Below, one piece after another: positions 9,122 through 20,020 of a stretch of 64,000 bases of DNA. The position numbers were made by a program, and so were the translations under genes. The DNA is from an uncultured Spirochaetota bacterium. Its GTDB lineage: Bacteria; Spirochaetota; Brevinematia; Brevinematales; JAOACQ01. The stretch lies in NCBI GenBank assembly GCA_963835575.1, contig CAWIGG010000002.1, forward strand, positions 672,001-736,000, written 5' to 3'. The notes beneath the pieces were generated by a model that had not been told where the DNA came from, did no database searches, and saw only the letters and a list, made by a program, of their open reading frames with translations. How positions within the stretch are numbered: position 1 is the stretch's first letter; every line of letters starts with the position of its first letter.

Positions 9122-10750
9122 ATGGATTTTTCTCTAAAAAAATTACAGAATTTTTCCGGCAGGAAAGGCCCGCTGCTTCTTATTATCATGGACGGCATCG
9201 GGATCGGAAAAGAGTATCCCGGTAATGCCGTTTACCTGGCTAAAAAGCCGGTTCTCGATAAGCTTTTTAAAAGTTCTCTTTATACAACGCTTCGGGCCCA
9301 TGGAAAAGCTGTCGGTCTGCCGACGGATGAGGATATGGGCAACAGTGAAGTAGGTCATAACGCTCTTGGGGCAGGCAGGGTCTTTGCCCAGGGAGCTTTA
9401 AGAGTGAATCTGGCAATTAAGGACGGCAGTATATTTAAGAGTGAAACCTGGAAAAGCCTGATCTCGCGCTGCAGGAGTAAAAAAAGCTCATTGCATTTTA
9501 TCGGTTTATTATCGGACGGCAATGTCCATTCGCATATTGACCAGTTGTTTGCGATGATCTCTGAAGCTGCCAAAGAAGGGATAGTATCTTTGTGCGTTCA
9601 TCCTCTTCTGGATGGGAGAGACGTCCCTGAAAAATCATCGTTGACCTATGTGGACAAATTGGAAGAATTTCTGCGGAAGATCCGGAATGATACCGGTTTT
9701 GATTACAGGATAGCCTCAGGCGGCGGAAGAATGGTCACGACAATGGACCGCTATTTTGCCGATTGGAGCGTTGTGAAAAGGGGGTGGGAAGCGCATGTCC
9801 TGGGTATTGGCAGGCAGTTTTCCTCCGCCCGGCAGGCTATTGAAACTTATTATCAGGAGGACCCGAAAATAACCGATCAGTACCTGCCGTCTTTTGTCAT
9901 TGCTGAGAACGGCAGGCCTGTGGGTACAATAAATGACGGCGACAGCGTTGTGTTTTTTAATTTCCGCGGGGACAGGGCCATAGAAATTACAATGGCCTTT
10001 GAGAATGATGATTTTAAGGGTTTTGACCGGCAGAAGAGACCCGATGTATTCTACGCCGGTATGATGGAATATGACGGCGACCTGCATCTGCCTAAAAACT
10101 TTCTCGTTTTCCCGCCTGAAATTGACAGAACGGTCGGCGAATATCTCTGCGCTCAAAATATCACATCCTTCGCGATTTCAGAAACGCAGAAATTCGGGCA
10201 TGTCACCTATTTCTGGAATGGTAATAAATCCGGCTATATTAATGATAAGCTGGAAAAATACCTTGAAATTCCCTCCGACAGGGTCCAGTTTGATAAAACT
10301 CCCAGAATGAAGGCGCCGGAAATAACTCAAAAAACAATTGAACTGCTTCAATCTGGAAAATATAAATTCGGCAGGCTGAATTTCGCTAACGGCGATATGG
10401 TGGGGCATACGGGAATATTGGAAGCCGCTATTGTCGCCGTGGAAACTGTGGATGAATGCGTCGGCAAACTCATAGAAACTGTGAATAGACTCGGAGGAAT
10501 TACCCTTGTGACTGCGGATCATGGCAATTCCGACGAGATGTTTGTTGAGAAAAATGGGGTCAGGGAAGTCAAAACGGCGCATACATTGAACCCTGTACCT
10601 TTTATTATCGTCGATTCGGGATTTAATAATGAATACAGAATGGCGGATCTTCCTCAAAAAGGATTGGCCAATGTGGCGGCGACAATCTGCAACCTTCTGG
10701 GATATGAGAAACCGGAAGGATACGAGCCTTCTTTGATAGAGTTTAATTGA
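9122..10750 (+). CDS. gpmI: 2,3-bisphosphoglycerate-independent phosphoglycerate mutase
   Basis: MGNSEVGH, LSDGNVHSH, DGRD, NFRGDRA, NGDMVGHTG, TADHGN, TAHT motifs. Confidence 0.97.
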   Translation: MDFSLKKLQNFSGRKGPLLLIIMDGIGIGKEYPGNAVYLAKKPVLDKLFKSSLYTTLRAHGKAVGLPTDEDMGNSEVGHNALGAGRVFAQGALRVNLAIKDGSIFKSETWKSLISRCRSKKSSLHFIGLLSDGNVHSHIDQLFAMISEAAKEGIVSLCVHPLLDGRDVPEKSSLTYVDKLEEFLRKIRNDTGFDYRIASGGGRMVTTMDRYFADWSVVKRGWEAHVLGIGRQFSSARQAIETYYQEDPKITDQYLPSFVIAENGRPVGTINDGDSVVFFNFRGDRAIEITMAFENDDFKGFDRQKRPDVFYAGMMEYDGDLHLPKNFLVFPPEIDRTVGEYLCAQNITSFAISETQKFGHVTYFWNGNKSGYINDKLEKYLEIPSDRVQFDKTPRMKAPEITQKTIELLQSGKYKFGRLNFANGDMVGHTGILEAAIVAVETVDECVGKLIETVNRLGGITLVTADHGNSDEMFVEKNGVREVKTAHTLNPVPFIIVDSGFNNEYRMADLPQKGLANVAATICNLLGYEKPEGYEPSLIEFN

Positions 10751-10765
10751 TAGAAAAAGCCGATA

Positions 10766-11089
10766 TTAATTACCGACCAGCTTTTTTAATGTGTCTTTTT
10801 GTTCCTGCGTGGCGTTAATAAAGTAGACGCCGACCCGGCATGTTTCTTCATAAATGACTTTACAGTCTAATTTCATGTCCCCTATGATAACCTGTATGAT
10901 CATCCCTTTTTTAATTCCGCCTTTGGGTCTTCCTCTCATTTCTTTATCCGCTTCCGCCAGAAAGCCGAAACCCTTTTCACTGACATCCTCAATGGTGCAG
11001 GGATATTCTTCATCAGAGCCTGGTTCGACAATATATTTTCCGACAATATCGGAATTGATCCTCTGCGCTTCTCTATTCTCCTGCGGCAT
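10766..11089 (-). CDS. PilZ-domain (c-di-GMP binding) protein
   Basis: RxxxR (REAQR) and DxSxxG (DVSEKG) motifs; C-terminal GVYF. Confidence 0.8.
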   Translation of the reverse strand: MPQENREAQRINSDIVGKYIVEPGSDEEYPCTIEDVSEKGFGFLAEADKEMRGRPKGGIKKGMIIQVIIGDMKLDCKVIYEETCRVGVYFINATQEQKDTLKKLVGN

Positions 11090-11360
11090 AAAGAACCCCC
11101 TTTTGTCTGGTCAGGTAATAATGTAATTAACTGTAAGAGATCAAAAATAATCAATGATTACATTAATAACTATTCGATAATAATCATATCATGCTTTCAT
11201 ATTCATGTCTAAAAATTATTAATTTTTTCCGATCTGATTATTAGTATCGAATTCTTTCTGCTGAGCATCGGGACAATCGGCAGTCAGCAGCAGATGACTT
11301 TTGATTATTCCTTAAAGTCAGGTTATAATATTGTCCGGTTATATTTATGGATGATTATTT

Positions 11361-13580
11361 ATGGATAAGATTTTAGATTCTTTAAATGAGAAGCAGAAAG
11401 AAGCGGTCCTGAATACCGAAGGCGCGCAGCTTGTCCTGGCCGGCGCCGGCAGCGGAAAAACCCGTGTGATTACACACCGCTTTGCTTATATATTAAGGGA
11501 AAAAAAACTTTCTCTGCATAATATCCTGGCGGTCACTTTTACCAATAAAGCCGCCGGAGAAATGAAAGAAAGGATTTCCGCATTAGCCGGTTTTGACGCT
11601 TCAAGCGCATGGGTCAGGACGTTCCATTCAACAGGCGTTCTAATCCTCAGAAGAAATCCGGAAGCTTTCGGCTATCCCCGGGATTTTGTGATTTATGATG
11701 ATACTGACAGCAAGAACCTTGTCAGAAGCGTTATGAAGGAAACCGGCGTCAATACGCAGACTTATAATCCGGCCGGTGTTGCTGAAAAGATATCAAGTTT
11801 AAAAGATTCTATTATATCACCCGGCGAGTTTAAAAAATCCGCATTATCTGATTTTGATAAAGAGGCGGCTCTTGTTTATGAGGGTTATGAAAAAGTACTC
11901 AGAAGAAATAAAGCCGTGGATTTTCCCGATCTTATTGCGTTACCAATCCGTGTCTTTTCCGAAAATGAGAATATTTTATCCTATTATCAATCTCTCTGGC
12001 ATTATTTGATGGTGGATGAATTTCAGGATACAAATTCGGCCCAGTATAAGCTGATCAGGCTCATCTGCGGAAAATCGCCTAATATCTGCGTGGTTGGGGA
12101 TGATGATCAGTCCATATACGGATGGCGGGGCGCGAATGTTGATAATATTTATGATTTTAAAGAGCGTTATCATGCGAAGGTCATCCTGCTGGAGCAGAAT
12201 TACCGCTCAACAGAAACAATACTTTCGGCCGCTCACTGTGTGGTGGAGAAAATTGAAGGCCGTATGGAAAAAAAGCTCTGGACGGAACGCAAATCAGACG
12301 ATAAAATAACTGTCATTGAAACATTGACGGATAAAGAAGAAGCAAAGCGCATCGTGGATAAAATTGACTCTCTTCTTGCCCATTATGATTACAAGGATTT
12401 TGCGCTCTTTTACCGCACGAATGCCCAGTCGCGCCTTCTGGAAGAAGAGTTGTTATTTCATAATATTCCCTACAAAGTGTTCGGGGGCCAGAAATTCTAT
12501 GCCCGGAAAGAAGTGAAGGATGTTCTCGCCTATATCAAACTGATTATTAATCCTTTTGACGGAACTTCCTTCGAAAGGATCATAAATGTACCGAGGAGAA
12601 AAATAGGCGAGACGACTGTCGAGAAAATTTTAAAAATAACCAATTCTCAAGGGATTTCTTTTATAGATTTGCTTCTTAAAGCCGGGGAATATCCGGATCT
12701 GAACCGGGGCCCGGTACAATTAATGAATGAATTAGGACAGGTCCTTTCAGAACTGAACCAGTCCAGGGATAAGATGACCCCGATGAATTTTGTCAAAGTC
12801 CTTCTTGACGCCGTTGAATATAAAAGCTATATCTTGAATTTTGATGAGGACGGGCTTGACCGGTGGTCAAACGTGGAAGAACTGATTAATTCAATTAAAG
12901 AATATGAAAACGCCAATCCGGATGCCGTAATAATCGATTTTATAAACGATATTACGCTTCAGGCCGGTACCGATGAGCTGGACAGCGATAACGGAAGGAA
13001 TTATGTTTCGCTCATGACGATGCATAACGCAAAGGGGCTGGAATTTCCCGTTGTGTTTATCAGCGGCGTCATTGCCGGCCTTTTACCGCATGCCTCTTCA
13101 TATTATTCGCCGGCGGAATTAAACGAGGAGAGAAGGCTTTTTTATGTCGGCATCACCAGGGCAAAAGACAGGCTTTTTTTATCTTATCCGGAGAACCGGT
13201 TAAAATACGGCGAAGTTGAAAACTGCACTCCTTCTCCTTTTTTGAAGGACATTCCGGAAGAATTTCTCTCAATTGAGCCGATGAAGTCTTATGATAAAAA
13301 AGATTTTTCCATGGGAAAGCCCGGAACGGGGAAATCCATTAAATCAATAAAAGAGACAGATGATGATAATTATACTGAAGATAAAGATATTTGTTCAAAT
13401 GGCGCGGCTGTTTCTTCAATATCGGAGATTGTCGTCGGCGACAGGGTCTGTCATAAAAGATTCGGTATGGGGAAAGTAACATTCGCTTCGGATAAATTTA
13501 TCAAAGTGAATTTTGAAAAATTCGGAGTGCAGACAATCGGCGGTAATTTTTTATCAAGCATAGGGGTAATCAGGTCATGA
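11361..13580 (+). CDS. pcrA: UvrD/PcrA superfamily 1 DNA helicase
   Basis: AGAGSGKT, VTFTNKAA, VDEFQDTN, VGDDDQSIY, QNYRS, YRTNAQSR, TMHNAKGLEF, EERRLFYVGITRA. Confidence 0.93.
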   Translation: MDKILDSLNEKQKEAVLNTEGAQLVLAGAGSGKTRVITHRFAYILREKKLSLHNILAVTFTNKAAGEMKERISALAGFDASSAWVRTFHSTGVLILRRNPEAFGYPRDFVIYDDTDSKNLVRSVMKETGVNTQTYNPAGVAEKISSLKDSIISPGEFKKSALSDFDKEAALVYEGYEKVLRRNKAVDFPDLIALPIRVFSENENILSYYQSLWHYLMVDEFQDTNSAQYKLIRLICGKSPNICVVGDDDQSIYGWRGANVDNIYDFKERYHAKVILLEQNYRSTETILSAAHCVVEKIEGRMEKKLWTERKSDDKITVIETLTDKEEAKRIVDKIDSLLAHYDYKDFALFYRTNAQSRLLEEELLFHNIPYKVFGGQKFYARKEVKDVLAYIKLIINPFDGTSFERIINVPRRKIGETTVEKILKITNSQGISFIDLLLKAGEYPDLNRGPVQLMNELGQVLSELNQSRDKMTPMNFVKVLLDAVEYKSYILNFDEDGLDRWSNVEELINSIKEYENANPDAVIIDFINDITLQAGTDELDSDNGRNYVSLMTMHNAKGLEFPVVFISGVIAGLLPHASSYYSPAELNEERRLFYVGITRAKDRLFLSYPENRLKYGEVENCTPSPFLKDIPEEFLSIEPMKSYDKKDFSMGKPGTGKSIKSIKETDDDNYTEDKDICSNGAAVSSISEIVVGDRVCHKRFGMGKVTFASDKFIKVNFEKFGVQTIGGNFLSSIGVIRS

Positions 13581-14896
13581 GGAAAGCTATTGCGGAACAA
13601 TTTAAAAAACTGATGAGTAATAAAATATTTTTGAGCTCGTCGATGATTTCCATTATTTCAGTCTGCGCGGGAGTGGTCAATTTTTTTGTGACATTTATTG
13701 TCGGTATGATACTGGGCAAGGAGCAATACGGGGTCATCAAACCGCTTATATCGCTTTTATTGGTAGTTAGTATACCGGGGATGGCTTTACAGATGGTTTT
13801 CAGCAAGGATATCTCTTATATGGTACATCACAAGGATATGAATACTCTCCGTCATTATCTCAAAAAAATATCAGGTCTTATTGCTTTTTTTATTATTATT
13901 CTTGTCGGCTTTCTTTTTATCATGCTGCCCTTTCTTAAAGGTTATTTTCATGTTCAGGATAATAATGTTTTTTATCTGTTAATCATTCTGGCCGCGCTCA
14001 TGCTCATTATCATACCTTTCAACAGCATGATCCAATCGAGGGAAGATTATAAAACATATATAATTTATAGTTTAATAACAACATTCAGTAAAGCGGTTTT
14101 CTGGATCAGCCTGGTTTATTTGCTGGCAAATTACTTCGGTGTGCTTTTCGGGATGATATTGACTATTATAGCAAGTCTTGTGTTTTTATTCACTGATTAT
14201 AAATCTTATAAAAAGAAAAACATGATAGAACCCGGAGAAGTTCTGAATAAAGATATCATTAAAACAGCAAATATTTTAAAGTCTTTTCTGAATTCCTTAC
14301 TGTCAATATTTTTCTTTAACCTGATCATATATCTGGATACTATGCTGGTCCTGCATTATCTTCCGGAAGTTTCCGGCATTTATTCCATGGTAAATCAATT
14401 CGGCCAGGCCTCTTTTTTTATTGCTTCTTCCATTTCCTTTGTTATGCTTCCCATTATGGCAAAGGATAAAGCAAACATTGTCCGGTCCAATCAAAAGGCA
14501 TTTTTATTTCTGTTTATGGTCTTGGTGGCCTACTGTTCATTTCTTGCTTTAACAAGTAATTTTATTTCGGTAACTTTATTCGGCAATAAATTCGCTGGTA
14601 TGGAAAAAATTCTGCCTCTGTACGGCTTCATGTTCCTTCCGTTTGCGCTAATCAGCTTTCTGGTCAATTATTATGTTATTTCAGAAAAGCTGTTTTATTC
14701 AATCACGCTTTTTGCCGGCTCGCTTCTTCTTTACTTCGGAGTCATGGTTTTCCATAAAGACCTGATCCAGGTCAGTCTGGTAGTCGGCGCTGTCGGATAT
14801 TTAACTTTGATTATTTTGGTCATTGAATCATTCTTTTGGCATAAAGGGAAGAAGATGCTCGACAAGGTTCAACCCGATCATGAAAAGCTTGAGTAA
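13577..14896 (+). CDS. MOP-superfamily (Wzx-like) oligosaccharide flippase
   Basis: ~12 TM helices; LGKEQYG, LDTMLVLHYL...SGIY pattern; ATGA overlap with the helicase stop. Confidence 0.7.
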   Translation: MRKAIAEQFKKLMSNKIFLSSSMISIISVCAGVVNFFVTFIVGMILGKEQYGVIKPLISLLLVVSIPGMALQMVFSKDISYMVHHKDMNTLRHYLKKISGLIAFFIIILVGFLFIMLPFLKGYFHVQDNNVFYLLIILAALMLIIIPFNSMIQSREDYKTYIIYSLITTFSKAVFWISLVYLLANYFGVLFGMILTIIASLVFLFTDYKSYKKKNMIEPGEVLNKDIIKTANILKSFLNSLLSIFFFNLIIYLDTMLVLHYLPEVSGIYSMVNQFGQASFFIASSISFVMLPIMAKDKANIVRSNQKAFLFLFMVLVAYCSFLALTSNFISVTLFGNKFAGMEKILPLYGFMFLPFALISFLVNYYVISEKLFYSITLFAGSLLLYFGVMVFHKDLIQVSLVVGAVGYLTLIILVIESFFWHKGKKMLDKVQPDHEKLE

Positions 14897-15478
14897 AATC
14901 CCGAAAATCAGGCCGGATACAATAGCGGCAATCAAATCGGTCCGCAGTTCAATTTCCTTTTCCTCCCGCATGGAGAGGGTTATAATTTCTATCAGAATTA
15001 AAGTTATGATAATGACTATGAAAAGAGCTATCAAAAAATAAAAACGCCCGATTGTTTCCGCGTATCTGTAAAAAAGCTGTGAGATATAAAACACAAAAGA
15101 AGTGATCAGGCCTTTCTGTATGGATGACCAATAACGCTTCCGGTTAACTCCTTTATGCATAAGAGGGAAAAAAAACATCAGCAGGACAAAAATGACTGTC
15201 CCGATTGAAATTCCGGCTATCAGTTCCGATGACAGGGTTTTATTTGCATTGATGATCCATTCACTGATTTGACTCAATATGACGCTGAAGGGATGAAAAA
15301 CAAGCTGTATGATAATAAGTATAAACAGGATTGATATGATGAATATTAAAGTGAAAAATAGTTTTGACAAGAATTTTTTTACTCTCTGCATAATTACATC
15401 CATTTTTAATTCCAAGTATGATAATAATAAATTCAGGGTTATGTCAATTTTGTAAGGATTTTCTAAAAATACAATCAT
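14828..15478 (-). CDS. Hypothetical membrane protein (~5 TM); start may be downstream (MDVIMQ)
   Basis: Long ORF with alternating hydrophobic helices; overlaps the flippase 3' end convergently. Confidence 0.65.
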   Translation of the reverse strand: MIVFLENPYKIDITLNLLLSYLELKMDVIMQRVKKFLSKLFFTLIFIISILFILIIIQLVFHPFSVILSQISEWIINANKTLSSELIAGISIGTVIFVLLMFFFPLMHKGVNRKRYWSSIQKGLITSFVFYISQLFYRYAETIGRFYFLIALFIVIIITLILIEIITLSMREEKEIELRTDLIAAIVSGLIFGILLKLFMIGLNLVEHLLPFMPKE

Positions 15479-15667
15479 GTAGTGTGAATTTTAATCAATG
15501 CTGATAAATAAAGTTTAATTATATTTAATTCAGATAAATAAAAAGGAATTGCCCGATTCATGGAAACAGCACTTGAATTTTTATTCATTTCTCATTAAAA
15601 TAAATGTCTATTTTTTGCTTCTACATTGATAAGGCATATAAATCAATAAATTAAAAAGGAAGGACCT

Positions 15668-16906
15668 TTGCACAAGGATAATTATACAAAAAATACACTC
15701 TACAGCTTATTCGGTTTCGGGCTTCTCATGATTTCAAATTTTGTTTTCACATCACTTTCTGGAAGATTATTGGGCCCGGTTTATTATGGGATTTTCTATT
15801 CATTTTTCTATTTTCTGATGAGCTTTTCCCAGCCGAACGCGTCCCTTCAGCTAGCGGCGGCAAAATATATGTCTGAGAAGAAGCTTCCGTCAATCAATGC
15901 CGCAGTACAGGAATTTTCAATGGATTTCTGGCTGATCGGCATTGTGATCTTTGTTATCCTGTTTGCATTATCCCCTTTTCTAAAGATTTTATATGGGCTT
16001 GAGAGTATCTGGGATGTGGCATTTGGAGCGGCCATAGTGAGTCTCTGGCTTGTAACGGCAGGATACAGGGGAATCTATCAGGGCAGGATGGATTTTTTTA
16101 CTCTGGGTTTAAACACAGGCATAGAAGGGATCATCAGGACTGTTTTTGGAATATTATTCATTATGATCGGCTGGAAGGTGATTGGAGCTCTCGGCGCGTC
16201 AGTTATAGCGAGTTTCATTGTTATTTTTCTGCTTATTAATAATAAAGGCAAAATATTTCCCGATAAATTCAGGTTTAAAATAAACAAAAACCTGATGGGC
16301 GGTTTTTTTAAAACTTTCCTGGTCCTTGTCCCTTTCGGATTGATCAACAGCCTTGATTTGACCCTGGTTAAATACTGCGTTGGAGGTCAGGAAAGCGGCT
16401 ATCTTTCCGCGTGCGCCTTGTTCGGGAAAAATCTTGTCATACTATCCCTCGTTTTTTCCAATGTGGTTTATTCATATGCATTAAAAACTAAAGAAGGCCA
16501 TTTTTGGGCCGGGCTTATTTTAACACTGCTCTCTTTTTCATCGGCGGCTTTATTTACAGTCTTTTTTGGAAACTGGATGGTCGGTTTCATTTTTGGAAAA
16601 GATTATGACCCTGTGGTTAGTATGCTTCCTCTTTATATTATTGCCAGCCTTCCATTGGGGATCATGCAGAACATCATTAATTTCGCTATTGCTAAAAATG
16701 TCAAAAAGATGAATATCATTATGTGGCTTTTATTGATTATTCTATGCGGTATTTATTACTTTACTTTAAAAACGGCCGCGATCAATATGTTTTTAATCAT
16801 TATGGCTGTAACGCTCTTCATAGCGGACGGCCTGTTGATAGCAATAGTATTTATATCTAATTGGTATAGTTCAAAAAAAGCTTTAATTCATATAAACAAT
16901 CAATAG
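15668..16906 (+). CDS. Second Wzx-like flippase (MOP superfamily)
   Basis: ~12 TM; RLLGPVYYGIF, RGIYQG, LDLTLVKY...SGY. Confidence 0.7.
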   Translation: MHKDNYTKNTLYSLFGFGLLMISNFVFTSLSGRLLGPVYYGIFYSFFYFLMSFSQPNASLQLAAAKYMSEKKLPSINAAVQEFSMDFWLIGIVIFVILFALSPFLKILYGLESIWDVAFGAAIVSLWLVTAGYRGIYQGRMDFFTLGLNTGIEGIIRTVFGILFIMIGWKVIGALGASVIASFIVIFLLINNKGKIFPDKFRFKINKNLMGGFFKTFLVLVPFGLINSLDLTLVKYCVGGQESGYLSACALFGKNLVILSLVFSNVVYSYALKTKEGHFWAGLILTLLSFSSAALFTVFFGNWMVGFIFGKDYDPVVSMLPLYIIASLPLGIMQNIINFAIAKNVKKMNIIMWLLLIILCGIYYFTLKTAAINMFLIIMAVTLFIADGLLIAIVFISNWYSSKKALIHINNQ

Positions 16907-16924
16907 TATTATAAAAAATAACTA

Positions 16925-16952
16925 TTGACAGAATAAATAGATAAGTTAAAAT
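16925..16952 (+). promoter_or_regulatory. Sigma70-type promoter of the his-ispG operon
   Basis: TTGACA-N16-TAAAAT upstream of the AGGAGG RBS. Confidence 0.55.
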
Positions 16953-16984
16953 GAAACAAGGGTTTTTATAAAAGGAGGGCATGC

Positions 16985-17581
16985 GTGAAGAGGGAAGGAG
17001 AGTTTTCCAGAAAAACAAGGGAAACTCATATAGATTTAAAAATGAATATTGACGGCGGCGGCATATATGAGGTCAATACAGGGGTCGGTTTCTTCAATCA
17101 CATGCTGGAAACGATTTCAAGACATAGTCTCATTGATATGAGAATAAATGCGAGCGGCGATACTCATGTTGATTTTCATCATCTGGTTGAGGATACGGCG
17201 ATCCTTATTGGAAAGGGAATGAATGAGCTGCTCAAGGAAAAGAAAGGCATCAGGCGTTTCGGTTATGCTACGGTTCCTCTGGATGAGGCCCTGGTAGAGG
17301 CGGCCATAGATATCAGCGGAAGGCCTTTCTGTCAGACTAATTTCTCAAAATATTCCGGGGAAATCGGCAGCTTTAGTTTTGAGCTGGGGGATGTCTTTTT
17401 TAACGGCTTTGCCTCAATGGGGTACACTATTCATATTGTTGTAATATCGGGAGAAAACCTGCATCATATTATGGAAGCTTCATGCAAGGCTTTTGCCAGG
17501 GCTCTCAGAATGGCCCTGGAAATTGATGACAGGGCAAAAAACTCGATTCCTTCAACAAAAGATTATATAGAAAAGGTTTAA
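16985..17581 (+). CDS. hisB: Imidazoleglycerol-phosphate dehydratase
   Basis: RKTRET, TGVGFFNHML, DFHHLVED, PLDEAL, NLHHIMEA. Confidence 0.96.
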   Translation: MKREGEFSRKTRETHIDLKMNIDGGGIYEVNTGVGFFNHMLETISRHSLIDMRINASGDTHVDFHHLVEDTAILIGKGMNELLKEKKGIRRFGYATVPLDEALVEAAIDISGRPFCQTNFSKYSGEIGSFSFELGDVFFNGFASMGYTIHIVVISGENLHHIMEASCKAFARALRMALEIDDRAKNSIPSTKDYIEKV

Positions 17582-17588
17582 TTGAATT

Positions 17589-18191
17589 ATGATTGCAATA
17601 ATCGATTACGGGATGGGCAATCTGGCGAGTGTCTATAATGCTTTTAAAAAGGTGGGTATAGAGGATGTCGCGGTCACATGCAGACCTGAGGATATTATAA
17701 ATGCCGATAAAATTGTTCTTCCGGGAGTGGGAGCATTCGAGGACGCGATAAAAAACCTTGAAAGCTGCAGGCTGGTTTATCCAATTATTGATTTTATCCG
17801 CTCAAACCGGCCTTTTCTCGGGATCTGCCTCGGGATGCATCTTCTTTTTGAGAGGAGTTATGAAAACGGGGTTTTTGAAGGACTGGGTGTTCTTAAAGGG
17901 GAGATTGTCAAGTTCAATGTTTCTTTGCCGGTCCCTCATATCGGATGGAATCAGGTCTCTTTATTGAAGAAAGAGGGGATTTTTGACAATTTGGCAAATA
18001 ATGCTTATTTTTACTTTGACCATTCCTATTATCCGGTTCCGGCCAATACTGATATGATTGCGGCGACTACTAATTATGAAATTGATTATGCGTCATCAGT
18101 AGTGAAAGGCAACATTTTCGCAGTTCAGTATCACCCTGAAAAAAGCCATAAAAATGGCTTGAAATTAATTGAAAGGTTTGGCAAATTATAA
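17589..18191 (+). CDS. hisH: Imidazole glycerol phosphate synthase, glutaminase subunit
   Basis: IDYGMGNL, LPGVGAF, GICLG, PHIGWN, QYHPEKS. Confidence 0.96.
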   Translation: MIAIIDYGMGNLASVYNAFKKVGIEDVAVTCRPEDIINADKIVLPGVGAFEDAIKNLESCRLVYPIIDFIRSNRPFLGICLGMHLLFERSYENGVFEGLGVLKGEIVKFNVSLPVPHIGWNQVSLLKKEGIFDNLANNAYFYFDHSYYPVPANTDMIAATTNYEIDYASSVVKGNIFAVQYHPEKSHKNGLKLIERFGKL

Positions 18192-18226
18192 TTATTTTTG
18201 TATATTTAATTAAAAAGGAGAAATAA

Positions 18227-18946
18227 ATGTTAATAATACCGGCAATAGATATAAAAGATAGAAAATGTGTCAGGCTTGTCCGCGGAAATCCGGAATTTGA
18301 AACTGTCTATTCAAATGAACCGGTTTTTCAGGCCAAGTTCTGGGAAAGGGAAGGCGCCAGGAGGCTGCATATTGTCGATCTGGACGGCGCTTTTGAGGGA
18401 AAAACGAAAAATCTCGATATCATCCAGAGGATCGTGGAAGAAGTGAATATTGAGATTGAAGTCGGCGGGGGCATCAGGGATAACCGCATTATCAGGGCGC
18501 TCAAAAACAGGGGCGTTCATAAAATCATCATCGGGACAGCGGCTATTGAGAACAAAAAATTCATCAAAAATCTCTGCAAGAACGATCCCCATGGCGTTAT
18601 CATAGCGATAGACGCCGCGGACGGCTTTGTCGTCAAGAACGGATGGAAAGAAACTACCAATAAAAGAGCTGTGGATATAATCAAGGAACTTGAAGAATTC
18701 GGTGTTGAAGAAGTTATTTATACTGATATTATGCGCGACGGTACTCTGGAAGGCCCGAATTATGACGCCATTGAAACAATGCTGACTGTGACGGATATTC
18801 CCATCATTATTTCCGGAGGGGTTTCCAATCTTGATGATATTAAGAAATTAAAAGAATATGAGCCGATGGGTCTTAAAGGCATAATTATCGGCAAAGCTCT
18901 TTATGAAGGGCGCTTCAAGCTGTCAGAAGCTATGAAATATGAATAA
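18227..18946 (+). CDS. hisA: ProFAR isomerase
   Basis: IIPAIDI, LHIVDLDGA, VGGGIR, YTDIMRDGTLEG, GKALYEG. Confidence 0.96.
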   Translation: MLIIPAIDIKDRKCVRLVRGNPEFETVYSNEPVFQAKFWEREGARRLHIVDLDGAFEGKTKNLDIIQRIVEEVNIEIEVGGGIRDNRIIRALKNRGVHKIIIGTAAIENKKFIKNLCKNDPHGVIIAIDAADGFVVKNGWKETTNKRAVDIIKELEEFGVEEVIYTDIMRDGTLEGPNYDAIETMLTVTDIPIIISGGVSNLDDIKKLKEYEPMGLKGIIIGKALYEGRFKLSEAMKYE

Positions 18947-18964
18947 AACCTGTCAGGAAAAGGT

Positions 18965-20020
18965 ATGTCCATAACCCGAAGGATTTCAAGGCAGATCCGC
19001 ATAGGCAATGTCCGGATAGGCGGAGATGCGCCTGTTCCCATTCAATCGATGACCTCAACTCAAACAAGTAATATTAAAGCGACTGTCAAAGAAATAAAGC
19101 GGCTTGAGAATGCCGGCTGTGATATTGTCCGACTTGGTATTCCGGATGAAAAATCGGCAAATGCGATAAAAGAGATAAAAAAAGAAGTCAAAATGCCTTT
19201 AGTAGCGGATATCCATTTCGATTACCGCCTTGCTATTGCTTCCATTAATTCCGGTGTTGACGCTCTCCGTATTAATCCGGGTAATTTAAGAAATAAAGAA
19301 GAGATAAAAATAGTCGCTCATGCATGCAAAGAAAAGAATATACCTATCCGTATTGGCGTCAACAGCGGGTCAATCGACAGGAAAAAATATTCACAACCTG
19401 ACGCGGAAGCTCTTGTAGATTCAGCGCTCAATCATATACGTCTTCTTGAAGATTCTGGATTTTCGGATATAAAAGTTTCATTGAAGTCTTCAGATGTTGC
19501 TACAATGGTTGAAGCTTACCGTCTTTTTGCCCCGAAGAATGATTATCCCCTTCACCTCGGAGTGACTGAGGCCGGCGGGTATGAGCAGGCGGTAATAAAA
19601 AGCTCTGCCGGCATTGGGGCGCTTCTTCTTGACGGCATCGGCGACACAATCCGTTTCTCTATTACCGGAGATGTTGTAAAAGAAGTTCAGGCCGCTAAAA
19701 CACTCCTTCGAGCTTTGGGGATCCGGCGCGAAGGCATTGAGATCATATCCTGTCCCACCTGCGCAAGAAAGGAATTTAATGTTGAGAAAGTTGTTGAAGA
19801 ACTGACTTTCAGAACAAAAGACTATAAAAAATACATGAAAGTTGCCGTTATGGGTTGTGTTGTAAACGGACCGGGTGAAGCGGTTGAGGCTGATATAGGG
19901 GTTGCAGTAGGTAAAAAAGAAGCGGTTCTTTTTGAAAATGGAAGAATTATTAAGAACATATCTAAAAGCAAAATATTATCTGCTTTAATAAATAAGATTG
20001 AGAATTATCAAAGGCAGTGA
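18965..20020 (+). CDS. ispG: 4-hydroxy-3-methylbut-2-en-1-yl diphosphate synthase
   Basis: IQSMT, PLVADIHF, RINPGN, LHLGVTEAG, GIGDTIR, SCPTCAR, VMGCVVNGPGE. Confidence 0.97.
   Translation: MSITRRISRQIRIGNVRIGGDAPVPIQSMTSTQTSNIKATVKEIKRLENAGCDIVRLGIPDEKSANAIKEIKKEVKMPLVADIHFDYRLAIASINSGVDALRINPGNLRNKEEIKIVAHACKEKNIPIRIGVNSGSIDRKKYSQPDAEALVDSALNHIRLLEDSGFSDIKVSLKSSDVATMVEAYRLFAPKNDYPLHLGVTEAGGYEQAVIKSSAGIGALLLDGIGDTIRFSITGDVVKEVQAAKTLLRALGIRREGIEIISCPTCARKEFNVEKVVEELTFRTKDYKKYMKVAVMGCVVNGPGEAVEADIGVAVGKKEAVLFENGRIIKNISKSKILSALINKIENYQRQ

Noticed and set aside
16985..20020. Missing hisF in the his cluster (and clpS missing before clpA)
   Set aside because: Split operons are common; absence from the window is not informative
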